Positions 43,030 through 53,271 of a stretch of 64,000 bases of DNA are shown here, one piece after another. The stretch covers positions 378 to 64,377 of the forward strand of contig CAJJNQ010000010.1 in NCBI GenBank assembly GCA_905193155.1. The letters are read 5' to 3'. The notes beneath the pieces are model-generated. The model made no database searches and was not told where the DNA came from. It saw nothing but the letters and a program-made list of their open reading frames with translations. Position 1 is the first letter of the stretch, and each line of letters starts with the position of its first letter. The stretch comes from an uncultured Christensenella sp. GTDB lineage: Bacteria > Bacillota > Clostridia > Christensenellales > UBA1750. A program made the position numbers and the translations under genes.

Positions 43030-43058
43030 TTGCAAACGCCCGAAAAATATGGTATTCT
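43030..43058 (+). promoter_or_regulatory. sigma-A promoter for rpmE
   Basis: TTGCAA at 43030-43035, 17-nt spacer ending in TGg, TATTCT at 43053-43058. Confidence 0.55.
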
Positions 43059-43121
43059 AAATGACGATGTTGATGTTATCAACGCACAGACATTACTGTG
43101 GTTTGAAAGAGGTGAGATAAC

Positions 43122-43319
43122 ATGAAGGAAGGAATCCATCCCAAGTACGGCAAGGCGATCGTGCGCTGCGCTTGCGGGAATACCTTCGAAACCGGCTCTG
43201 TTAAGCCTGAGCTGAAAGTCGAAATTTGCTCCAAGTGCCATCCCTTCTTCACGGGCAAGCAGAAGCTCGTTGATACCGGCGGACGTGTTGACCGCTTCAA
43301 GAAGCGTTACGGCATGTAA
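43122..43319 (+). CDS. rpmE: 50S ribosomal protein L31 (Cys-containing, zinc-type)
   Basis: [29 protein letters not shown]. Confidence 0.93.
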   Translation: MKEGIHPKYGKAIVRCACGNTFETGSVKPELKVEICSKCHPFFTGKQKLVDTGGRVDRFKKRYGM

Positions 43320-43332
43320 TGCGAACATGAGA

Positions 43333-43368
43333 AGTGCAGATTGGATATTGCCAGTCTGCACTTTTTTT
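43333..43368 (+). terminator. intrinsic terminator after rpmE
   Basis: AGTGCAGATTGG pairs with CCAGTCTGCACT, followed by TTTTTTT. Confidence 0.8.
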
Positions 43369-43438
43369 GAAAAGACGCCGCGCTCCCTCCCATTGAGGGA
43401 ACGATTGTGATATAATATCCCATTGAAAGGAGCTGCCC

Positions 43439-44545
43439 ATGAAGAAAAAAGAAAAAAAGCAAAAAGTATATATCGGCGGTCAGGCTGTCATGGAAGGCGT
43501 GATGATGCGCGCTCCGGACCGTATGGCCATTGCTGTGCGCCGCATGACTGATGGTAAAATTGAAACCTATACCGAGCCCATTGTACCGCTTGCCAAGAAG
43601 TACAAAATTCTCGGCTGGCCCATCATCCGTGGCGTGGTCGCGTTTTTGTCCTCGATGGTGACCGGTATGAACACCATTACCCGCTCTGCGCAGATGTTGG
43701 GCGATGAAGAGGCGATGGAGGAGCCGAGTAAGTTTGAAAAGTGGCTGGCGAAGGTTACCGGTAAGAAGGTTGACGACATTGTGATCTTCTGCGCCGTGGT
43801 GCTGGCTATCGTGCTGGCAGTCGGCCTGTTTTTCGTGCTGCCGTCGCTGGCAGGCACGGGGCTTACACATCTGCTGCCGGGTCATACCGTGCTGGTCAAC
43901 TTTTTGGAAGGTCTCGTCCGCATCGCGCTGTTCCTTGGCTATATCACCGCTGTGACGCGCATGAAGGAGATCAAGCGCGTGTTCATGTATCACGGTGCGG
44001 AGCACAAAACCGTCTATTGTCACGAAAATGACGAAGAGCTGACGGTGGAAAACTGCATGAAATACCCCGTTATGCACCCCCGCTGCGGCACTGCATTTTT
44101 GCTGATCGTGATGATTATTTCGATCCTGGTCACGTCTGCGGCCGGTGTGTTCGGCCTGGACAACAACTGGCTGACCCGTATTCTGATCCGTTTGGCCCTG
44201 CTGCCTGTGGTCGCCGGCGTCTCCTATGAGGTGCTGCAATATCTGGGCAAGCATGATACGCCTGTCACCCGCGTGCTGCGCTGGCCGGGCATGCAGCTGC
44301 AGCGCCTGACGGCGCTCCAGCCCACGCCCGACATGGTGGAAGTAGCCATTGTGGCGATGAAGCTGGCGGCTGGTATTCCGTGGTCTCCGGAAGAGCAGGA
44401 AGAGGAGAACGTGGAGACATTCACCGGCTTCCATGAGGAAGCGGAGAACGCAGAAGCTGCGCCGTCTGAAGATGCCACGGAACAGCCGGAAGCCTCTGCC
44501 GCTGAAACGGAAGAGACTGCGTCTGCACAGGAGATGCGGCTGTGA
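43439..44545 (+). CDS. DUF1385 (YqhQ-like) membrane protein
   Basis: VYIGGQAVMEGVMMR; a later YHGAEHK motif; several TM segments; acidic C-terminal tail. Confidence 0.85.
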   Translation: MKKKEKKQKVYIGGQAVMEGVMMRAPDRMAIAVRRMTDGKIETYTEPIVPLAKKYKILGWPIIRGVVAFLSSMVTGMNTITRSAQMLGDEEAMEEPSKFEKWLAKVTGKKVDDIVIFCAVVLAIVLAVGLFFVLPSLAGTGLTHLLPGHTVLVNFLEGLVRIALFLGYITAVTRMKEIKRVFMYHGAEHKTVYCHENDEELTVENCMKYPVMHPRCGTAFLLIVMIISILVTSAAGVFGLDNNWLTRILIRLALLPVVAGVSYEVLQYLGKHDTPVTRVLRWPGMQLQRLTALQPTPDMVEVAIVAMKLAAGIPWSPEEQEEENVETFTGFHEEAENAEAAPSEDATEQPEASAAETEETASAQEMRL

Positions 44546-45366
44546 AAGTACAGCAGCTGCTGAAAGCCTGCGAGCACCTGTTGGAGCCTTCTGCAGATGC
44601 CGGATGGGATGCGAGGGAGATCGTCTGCACGGCGCTTAAGATCGAGCCTGCACGCTTTTTGAGAGCTTACAGCGATGAAGCTCCGACGGAAACGGTGAAA
44701 AGCGCGCTGGCTTGGGCAGAACGCCGAAAAATGGGCGAACCGCTGCAATATGTGCTGGGCAGAGCCTGGTTCATGGGTCTGCCCTTTTTTGTGAACGAAA
44801 GCGTGCTCATTCCGCGTCAGGATACCGAAACACTCTGCGAACTGGCGCTGCAATACATCAAAGAGCATCCTGTTTCACTCGCGTTGGATCTGTGCACCGG
44901 CAGCGGCGCGTTGGCGACGGCGCTTGCCGTGCTGGGAAAGGTGCAGATGGACGCTGCGGATATCAGCCGGGACGCGCTGGCGGTCGCCCGGCAAAATGCA
45001 CGGGAGAACAAGGCAGAGGTCACTTTTTACTGCGGCGATCTCTGGGATGCGCTGCCAAGCGGCGCACAGTATGACCTCATCGTCTGCAATCCGCCGTATT
45101 TGACGCAGAATGAGATGGGAGATATCTCGGTCGAGGTGGCCAAAGAGCCGTCGTTGGCGCTTTACGGCGGGCAGGACGGGCTTGATTTCTATCGCAGACT
45201 GGCCGCAGGGGGGAGGAGTTTCCTGGCGCCTGGCGGCTGCCTGATGATGGAAATCGGCAGTAAGCAGGGGAAAAGTGTCCCCGCGCTGTTTGAAACAGGG
45301 TATGAAACCTCGGTCTATCAGGACATCAACGGCCTTCCCCGCGTGGTGCGGGCGCAGGCTTTGTAA
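44542..45366 (+). CDS. prmC: release factor glutamine N5-methyltransferase
   Basis: DLCTGSGA and NPPY motifs. GTG start overlaps the upstream stop. It lies upstream of prfA. Confidence 0.9.
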   Translation: MKVQQLLKACEHLLEPSADAGWDAREIVCTALKIEPARFLRAYSDEAPTETVKSALAWAERRKMGEPLQYVLGRAWFMGLPFFVNESVLIPRQDTETLCELALQYIKEHPVSLALDLCTGSGALATALAVLGKVQMDAADISRDALAVARQNARENKAEVTFYCGDLWDALPSGAQYDLIVCNPPYLTQNEMGDISVEVAKEPSLALYGGQDGLDFYRRLAAGGRSFLAPGGCLMMEIGSKQGKSVPALFETGYETSVYQDINGLPRVVRAQAL

Positions 45367-45383
45367 CGAAAGGAGCGCCCCTC

Positions 45384-46457
<1,074 letters not shown>

Positions 46458-46492
46458 TTTGATGGAATGAGCTTTATGTGAGGCGAAAACTC

Positions 46493-47515
46493 ATGCAGAC
46501 AAAGGTATTGAAACCCACGCCGGAGAGCCTTGCGCTCGCGGCGGAAATCCTACAAAAGGGTGGGCTGGTCGCTTTTCCGACCGAGACGGTTTATGGGCTC
46601 GGTGCGGACGCGACCAATGCGGAAGCCGCAAAGGCCATTTTCGCGGCGAAGGGACGGCCGGCGGATAACCCGCTGATCGTCCACATCAGCAACCTTTCCA
46701 TGCTGCCGGAGATTGTATCTTCCGTACCGAAGGCGGCGCAGAAACTGATGAATGCCTTCTGGCCCGGCCCGTTGACCATCATCATGCCCAAAGGGAAAAA
46801 GATCCCTTATGCCGTCACGGCGGGGCTGGAAACCGTTGCGGTGCGGTTTCCTGTACACCCGGACGCACAGGCGATGATCGAGCGCTGCGGGCTGCCCATT
46901 GCCGCGCCCAGCGCCAACCTTTCCGGCAAACCCAGCCCCACGACTGCCGCGCATGTCTTTGAGGACATGGATGGGCGCATTCCACTGATACTGGACGGCG
47001 GCCCTTGCCAGGTCGGGTTGGAGTCCACCGTGGTGGATGCGACGCACGGGCACATCATCCTGCTGCGTCCCGGCGGAGTCACCCGCGAGATGCTGGAGGA
47101 AGCGCTGGGCGAAGAAGTCGCACTCGGCAAGGGCGTAATGGAACCGCTGGCCGACGGCGAAAAGGCGCTGTCGCCGGGACTCAAGCATAAGCACTACGCG
47201 CCCAAGGCGGAAGTGAAGGTAGTGCTCGGACCTGATGATCTCCGCGCGCGATACATACTGAACAGCGCAGCGAAGGACGCGCGCCCCTGCGTGCTCTGCC
47301 TGGAAGGCCGCAGAGGACTTTATCCGGGTCTTACCGTGCTTTCGGCGGGCAACACGCCGGAGGATTATGCACACAACCTCTTTGCGGCGCTGCGCCATGC
47401 CGACGAAATCGGCTGCACGCAGGTCTATGCCGAGGGTCTTTCGCTGGAAGGCGTCGGCCTTGCGGTGATGAACCGCGTCGAACGCGCCGCGGGATTCCAT
47501 GTGATTCAACTCTGA
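46493..47515 (+). CDS. tsaC: L-threonylcarbamoyladenylate synthase (Sua5/YwlC/TsaC type, with Sua5 C-domain)
   Basis: GGLVAFPTETVYGLGADA and KGRPADNPLIVH. The start is uncertain (ATG 46493 or GTG 46478). Confidence 0.88.
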   Translation: MQTKVLKPTPESLALAAEILQKGGLVAFPTETVYGLGADATNAEAAKAIFAAKGRPADNPLIVHISNLSMLPEIVSSVPKAAQKLMNAFWPGPLTIIMPKGKKIPYAVTAGLETVAVRFPVHPDAQAMIERCGLPIAAPSANLSGKPSPTTAAHVFEDMDGRIPLILDGGPCQVGLESTVVDATHGHIILLRPGGVTREMLEEALGEEVALGKGVMEPLADGEKALSPGLKHKHYAPKAEVKVVLGPDDLRARYILNSAAKDARPCVLCLEGRRGLYPGLTVLSAGNTPEDYAHNLFAALRHADEIGCTQVYAEGLSLEGVGLAVMNRVERAAGFHVIQL

Positions 47516-47528
47516 CGGAGGCGACAGC

Positions 47529-48020
47529 ATGAATATACTTTTCGTTTGCACCGGCAACACCTGCCGCTCCCCGATGGCGGAGGAGCTGTTGCGCTGCATG
47601 GCCAAGGAGCTGCAGATCGACGATCTGGAAGTCAGCTCCGCAGGAACCGATGCGGATGCCGGGCTGCCCGCGTCGTTCGGCGCGAGCATGGTCATCGCGG
47701 AACGAGGCGGCGACCTTTTCAACCACGCCGCTGTGCAGCTGACGGCAGATATGGCGGGGGATGCCGATCTCATTCTGACCATGACGCAGGCACACCGGGA
47801 GCGCGTCCTGCAGCTCTGCCCAGAGGCAGCGGACAAGACCTATACGCTGATCGGATACGCAACAGGAACCGATCACGACATTGAGGACCCCTTCGGCGGG
47901 GACAGCGACGTCTACTTAAAAACACTCGATCAGATTGAGCTGGCGCTGGTGGTGCTGCTGATCAAGCTCTACCCGCAGCATGCGGAAGAAATCCGCCGGG
48001 TTTACGAGCCCAAGGGCTGA
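47529..48020 (+). CDS. low-molecular-weight protein phosphatase (YwlE-like arginine/tyrosine phosphatase)
   Basis: CX5R(S) motif VCTGNTCRSPMAE and DPFGG motif. Confidence 0.88.
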   Translation: MNILFVCTGNTCRSPMAEELLRCMAKELQIDDLEVSSAGTDADAGLPASFGASMVIAERGGDLFNHAAVQLTADMAGDADLILTMTQAHRERVLQLCPEAADKTYTLIGYATGTDHDIEDPFGGDSDVYLKTLDQIELALVVLLIKLYPQHAEEIRRVYEPKG

Positions 48021-48067
48021 GCTCTGTCGAAGAAAGCGGAAGTATGTATTTTCCACGCCTGAATCGT

Positions 48068-48096
48068 TTGCGTTAAGGCGCAATATGGTTTATAAT
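48068..48096 (+). promoter_or_regulatory. sigma-A promoter for rpiB-upp
   Basis: TTGCGT at 48068-48073, 17-nt spacer, TATAAT at 48091-48096. Confidence 0.55.
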
Positions 48097-48127
48097 ACAG
48101 AGAGATAACTTTGGAGGTGCGCAAATC

Positions 48128-49227
<1,100 letters not shown>

Positions 49228-49246
49228 TTCAAGGCAGAGAAAACAA

Positions 49247-49295
49247 CAAACGGGCAGCACTCAATCACGGTTGGGCGCTGCCTGTTTGCTTCTTA
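49247..49295 (+). terminator. intrinsic terminator after upp
   Basis: CAAACGGGCAGC (49247-49258) pairs with GCTGCCTGTTTG (49277-49288), followed by T-rich sequence. Confidence 0.6.
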
Positions 49296-49311
49296 ACCTA
49301 AAAGAAAGAGG

Positions 49312-49782
49312 GTGCAGAAAGCGGTGAAGCTCTGCTATGGAACACCGGAAGAGATCGAAAAATGGATGGAGCTGGTTCATCGGGTTCGATGGAACTTTCC
49401 CGGATTGGAAACGCAGGAGGCGCTGAACGAACATCGGGCAACAGTTCTCAAATTCATGAGAAAGCGGCAGGCGGTCTGCGTAAAAGAAGAGGAGGAGATG
49501 GCAGGAGTCCTGCTGTTTTCACGGGGGCACAATCAGATTTGCTGCCTTGCGGTTGCTCCCGAATACCGCAGGCGAGGGGTCGCTTCCCTGCTCATGGAGG
49601 AAGCATTGGGCAATTTGGACAGGACGAAGGTAATCACCGTCTCCACCTTCCGTGCCGACGATGAAAAGGGGATTGCACCGAGAGCATTGTATCAAAAATA
49701 CGGTTTTGTTCCCGGTAAGTTGATCGAAGAATTTGGTTATCCAAATCAAGAATTTGCGCTCCATCCCACCTTGGAGGAGTGA
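49312..49782 (+). CDS. GNAT family N-acetyltransferase
   Basis: LAVAPEYRRRGVASLLMEEAL (acetyl-CoA motif A) and YQKYGF. The start is uncertain (GTG 49312 or 49324). Confidence 0.75.
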   Translation: MQKAVKLCYGTPEEIEKWMELVHRVRWNFPGLETQEALNEHRATVLKFMRKRQAVCVKEEEEMAGVLLFSRGHNQICCLAVAPEYRRRGVASLLMEEALGNLDRTKVITVSTFRADDEKGIAPRALYQKYGFVPGKLIEEFGYPNQEFALHPTLEE

Positions 49783-49802
49783 AATAAGTAAACCGGAATC
49801 AA

Positions 49803-49834
49803 AAAGAGAAGTTTTGCAGGGCTTCTCTTTTTTG
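49803..49834 (+). terminator. intrinsic terminator after the GNAT gene
   Basis: AGAGAAG pairs with CTTCTCT around a 10-nt loop, followed by TTTTT. Confidence 0.7.
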
Positions 49835-49839
49835 TTACT

Positions 49840-50215
49840 CCGCAAGCTGCAAAAGCGTGTGACGCTGTTGGCCCGGCCTCCAACATGACTTTTTCACCGG
49901 TATGCATTCTGTTCCGCCGTCTGCTGCTGGGGCTGTTTACGCAGGATGAGCGTATCCTGATGCTCGCCGCCAGCATCATGCTGATCGACTTTTTCGTTGA
50001 GATCGGTCGCAGCATGAATAAACACCATTTGCGGCTGCATGCGCGGCGTGGGCGACGTCAAGCCCTCGATGGCGGTCAATCTTTCCGGTGCATGGCTGAT
50101 CTCGGTTGGGATGAGCTATGTGTTGGGCATTTGGGCCGGATGGGGCCTGATCGGCATCTGGATTGCCTTTGCACTGGATGAAAATATCCGCGGGCTGATC
50201 CTGCTCTGCCGCTGA
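49840..50215 (+). pseudogene. 3' relic of a MATE-family efflux transporter gene (N-terminal roughly three quarters missing, plus a frameshift)
   Basis: Frame 1 reads ..LLLGLFTQDERILMLAASIMLIDFFVEIGRSMN. It continues in another frame as NTICGCMRGVGDVKPSMAVNLSGAWLISVGMSYVLGIWAGWGLIGIWIAFALDENIRGLILLCR*. The shift sits at the A-run near 50018-50022. Confidence 0.7.
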
Positions 50216-50347
50216 CGCAGCGGCCGGCGGAAGGTGGGCGCGCAGAAACGCCTGCACGCCGTTTCCGGTTAAAATGAAATAGAGATTCTAATTTGATTCC
50301 CTCCCGCATATCGTTTGGTAACCTGAATGTGTACGGGAGGGAATTTC

Positions 50348-51823
50348 ATGGAAGAATACGATATCTACCGTGATATTGCGACGCGCTGCGGCGGCACGGT
50401 GTTCATCGGCGTGGTCGGGCCTGTGCGCACGGGCAAGTCCACGCTGATTGCGCAGATGATGGAAAAGCTGGTGTTGCCCCATTTGCCCGATGGCTACGGC
50501 AAGGAGCGCATGGTGGACGAACTGCCGCAGTCCGGCTCCGGCAGGACCATCATGACCACGCAGCCGCGCTTTGTCCCGGCAGAGCCGGTATCGCTGCGTA
50601 TGGACGGCGTGGAGGGCTTTTCGGTGCGGTTTGTGGACTGCGTGGGCTATGTGGTGGACGGCGCGATGGGCGCAGAGGAGGAAGGCCAGCAGCGCATGGT
50701 GCGCACGCCCTGGTTTGACCATGAGATTCCCTTTACGCAGGCCGCAGAGGTGGGCACGACCAAGGTCATCGGGGATCATTCCAACATCGGCTTGCTCGTC
50801 ACCACCGACGGCAGTTTTTCCGGCATTGAACGTTCGGCCTATGTCCCGGCGGAGGAAAAGGCGGTGGCGGCGCTGAAGGCGAGCGGCAAGCCCTTTGTGA
50901 TGATTCTGAATTCCTCGGAGCCGTCAGCAGGGGAAACGCGCCGCCTCCGGTCGGAGCTGGAGCAAAAATATGCCGTGCCCGTGCTGCTGATGGATGTAAA
51001 GCATCTGGAAGAAGAGGATCTGGATGGCCTGATGCGTGCGGTGCTGTACGAATTCCCACTGCGGCAGATTGAGGTCAACGTTCCGCAGTGGATTCAGGCG
51101 TTGCCGGAGGACGACGCACTGGCGGAATCCGTGCTGGAAGCGCTGCGGGCCAGCGCAGAAGGGCTTTCCCATGTGCGCGATGTGGAAGAGATGGTGCAGC
51201 GCTTTGAGCTGGCTGACGCCAAGGGGCTTGCGGTTGCGGGGAGGAATCTGGGCACCGGCACGGTGAATCTCGATCTGCCGATGCGCGAGGGGTTGTTTTA
51301 TGAAGTGCTGGGCAAGCAGTGCGGGCAGGAGATCCGCTCCGATGCGCACCTGATGTCGATGATGACCGAGTTGGTCAAGGCCAAGCGGGAATACGACCGT
51401 GTCGCCCCGGCTCTGGAAGCTGTTCGCACCACGGGCTACGGTCTGGTCGCGCCCTCGATGGAGGAGCTGACCTTGCAGGAGCCGGAGCTTACCCATCTGG
51501 GCGGCAACTACGGCGTCAAGCTCAAGGCCTCCGCGCCCAGTCTGCACATGATCCGCGTCGACATCGCCACCGAGGTCAATCCCATCATCGGCTCCGAAAA
51601 GGAATCGGAGGACATGATCCACTATCTGCTTTCGGAATTTGAGAGCGATCCCGCGAAGCTTTGGAATACCAATATTTTCGGGAAATCGCTGCACGATCTT
51701 GTGCGCGAAGGGCTGGCAGGTAAGCTCATGCGCATGCCGGAGGACGCACAGAATAAGACGCGCCAAACCCTCTCCCGCATCATCAACGAGGGCAGCGGAG
51801 GCATGATCTGTATCCTGCTTTGA
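50348..51823 (+). CDS. spoIVA: stage IV sporulation protein A (spore coat morphogenetic ATPase)
   Basis: MEEYDIYRDIATR..IGVVGPVRTGKST (Walker A); 491 aa. RBS GGGAGGG. The ORF-track start at 50327 is an upstream extension. Confidence 0.92.
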   Translation: MEEYDIYRDIATRCGGTVFIGVVGPVRTGKSTLIAQMMEKLVLPHLPDGYGKERMVDELPQSGSGRTIMTTQPRFVPAEPVSLRMDGVEGFSVRFVDCVGYVVDGAMGAEEEGQQRMVRTPWFDHEIPFTQAAEVGTTKVIGDHSNIGLLVTTDGSFSGIERSAYVPAEEKAVAALKASGKPFVMILNSSEPSAGETRRLRSELEQKYAVPVLLMDVKHLEEEDLDGLMRAVLYEFPLRQIEVNVPQWIQALPEDDALAESVLEALRASAEGLSHVRDVEEMVQRFELADAKGLAVAGRNLGTGTVNLDLPMREGLFYEVLGKQCGQEIRSDAHLMSMMTELVKAKREYDRVAPALEAVRTTGYGLVAPSMEELTLQEPELTHLGGNYGVKLKASAPSLHMIRVDIATEVNPIIGSEKESEDMIHYLLSEFESDPAKLWNTNIFGKSLHDLVREGLAGKLMRMPEDAQNKTRQTLSRIINEGSGGMICILL

Positions 51824-51853
51824 CGGATCGGAGGCAATTCCTGCAATTCACCC

Positions 51854-51882
51854 TTGAGATTCCGCGCGGTTTGTGCTATACT
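51854..51882 (+). promoter_or_regulatory. sigma-A promoter for tRNA-Arg
   Basis: TTGAGA at 51854-51859, 17-nt spacer ending in TGc, TATACT at 51877-51882. Confidence 0.6.
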
Positions 51883-51898
51883 AAATAAGCTTGATCCC

Positions 51899-51974
51899 GC
51901 GCTTGTAGCTCAGTGGATAGAGTGTCCGACTCCGACTCGGGAGACCGCAGGTTCGAATCCTGTCAGGCGCACCA
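51899..51974 (+). tRNA. tRNA-Arg (anticodon CCG), CCA encoded
   Basis: Hand-folded cloverleaf. Acceptor GCGCTTG pairs with CAGGCGC. D arm is GCTC/GAGT. Anticodon stem TCCGA pairs with TCGGG around loop CTCCGAC. T arm GCAGG-TTCGAAT-CCTGT. Discriminator A followed by CCA. Confidence 0.9.
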
Positions 51975-51975
51975 G

Positions 51976-52024
51976 AACGAGTGTTCTCACGGCATAGAAA
52001 TGTCTGTGGAGCACTCGTTTTTTG
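51976..52024 (+). terminator. intrinsic terminator after the tRNA
   Basis: AACGAGTG (51976-51983) pairs with CACTCGTT (52012-52019), followed by a T-run. Confidence 0.65.
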
Positions 52025-52084
52025 TTTCCTCTGCCAAGCGAGGCAATGCAAAGGTAAATCGAGTAAAAAGCGGAAGGTATGCCG

Positions 52085-52537
52085 ATGAACGAAAATTATC
52101 TTGCTGTGGCATTCCGCAAAACGATTGAGCAGCGCTTTGCGGCGCAAACTGATGCGTTGAAGGTAGCGTATGAGAAAAGGCTGCAAGAGCTGCGGGCAGA
52201 AAACGCGGATGCAACCAAGGAAAAACAGCGGCATCTGGAAAGCCAGATCCTGCCGGGAATCGCTGTGTATTCGGTCATGCCGAAGGAGGGGGCTCTCTAA
52301 ACCGTTCACGGCTATGTGGAGCGGCGCGCGTGGAAAGGGCTGCATTCTGTTCTTTGTTTGAGGCCAGGGGCGCAAAGCCCCGCAAAAGCCGACAGTGAAC
52401 GCCGTGCAAGTGCAGACATTTTTGCCGCGAAAAGAAGCGGACGAAGGCGGGGGCAGGGTTTACTAATCCTGTTCCCCGTTTTCGGCGGCGAAAAGGCAGC
52501 GGCAAAAATCCGGACGGTCAAGGGACGAGTCAGATAG
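52085..52537 (+). pseudogene. stop-interrupted gene of unknown function
   Basis: One reading frame runs from 52079/52085 to 52537 and is broken only by TAA at 52298-52300 (..SVMPKEGAL*TVHGYVERRAWKG..). The ORF-track entries 52079..52300 and 52316..52537 are in the same frame. Confidence 0.5.
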
Positions 52538-52659
52538 TCGGAGCGGATGAGTTTTTTCGTCTGCGAGCTGCAAAAGTGATAGAATTGTTCACAAAACTGT
52601 GCTAAAATTAAATTGATGGTTGACAGATATATTGGAATCTAAGGAAGGAGCGTGATTGT

Positions 52660-52866
52660 ATGAGAAGGCTGATAGCATTTGCTTTAACATTCTTTTGTGT
52701 GTTGGGTTTGGTTGGCTGCAACAACAGAACTGCGAATGAACCGGAAATGTATAATTCATCCATGCAGGACGATTTTCCAAATGCTATTCCGGCAGAGGTG
52801 AATGACAATATCGTTCAGAATTGCACAGTTTTTCAGAAAACTTGGGATATGAAACAGGTGAAATGA
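52660..52866 (+). CDS. 68-aa putative lipoprotein
   Basis: MRRLIAFALTFFCVLGLVGC (lipobox LVGC). RBS AAGGAAGGAG. TGcTAAAAT extended -10 at 52600-52608. AT-rich codon usage. Confidence 0.55.
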   Translation: MRRLIAFALTFFCVLGLVGCNNRTANEPEMYNSSMQDDFPNAIPAEVNDNIVQNCTVFQKTWDMKQVK

Positions 52867-53033
52867 AAAAAGCTGTTTTGCTTGGCGAGGAATGGATGAA
52901 ATATGTGTATTGCGAAGATGAAATGAAGAAGGAACTAATTGACAGCAGCGATATTGTTGTTATTTTCGAGAATATCCGTTGTGTTGTGGACGCTGAAACT
53001 GAGATTGTACTGGGAAGTCTCCCGTTTGTATAA
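52863..53033 (+). CDS. 56-aa acidic small protein, start overlapping the lipoprotein stop (ATGA)
   Basis: MKKAVLLGEEWMKYVYCEDEMKKELIDSSDIVVIFENIRCVVDAETEIVLGSLPFV. The ORF-track start at 52821 is an upstream extension. Confidence 0.45.
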   Translation: MKKAVLLGEEWMKYVYCEDEMKKELIDSSDIVVIFENIRCVVDAETEIVLGSLPFV

Positions 53034-53044
53034 GCCAATTAAAT

Positions 53045-53190
53045 TCCCATTTATCAATCAAACACACCTAAGCAAAACACAAGCGACGGGGCAAGCTTTA
53101 CAGTCTTGCCGCTCTATCTTTTCAGCAGTCGAGGTCTTACTTGTGCGCAGCTTGCTCTTTTCGACTTACCTGCATAAAGCGCGAAAGCAG
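53045..53190. repeat. copy A of a diverged module (hairpin plus 3' tail of a minus-strand gene), degenerate
   Basis: 53081-53146 aligns by hand with 53891-53954 at roughly three quarters identity. Weaker similarity extends on both sides. Its hairpin arms and its coding tail both carry disrupting changes. Confidence 0.6.
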
Positions 53191-53271
53191 TAGAGTTTTT
53201 TACATTGATTTACTACAAATAAAACACTTGGTTGTCTGATAAACTGAAAGCTGTGGGGGAAATAAATTACT

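Noticed and set aside
52453-52472. GCAGGGTTTACTAATCCTGT resembles the tRNA-Arg T-arm (GCAGGTTCGAATCCTGT) and could be an att-site remnant.
   Set aside because: Only an 8-nt exact core (AATCCTGT) is shared. The acceptor-arm part that integrases usually duplicate is absent, and the match lies inside the degraded ORF. This is too weak without a statistical alignment.
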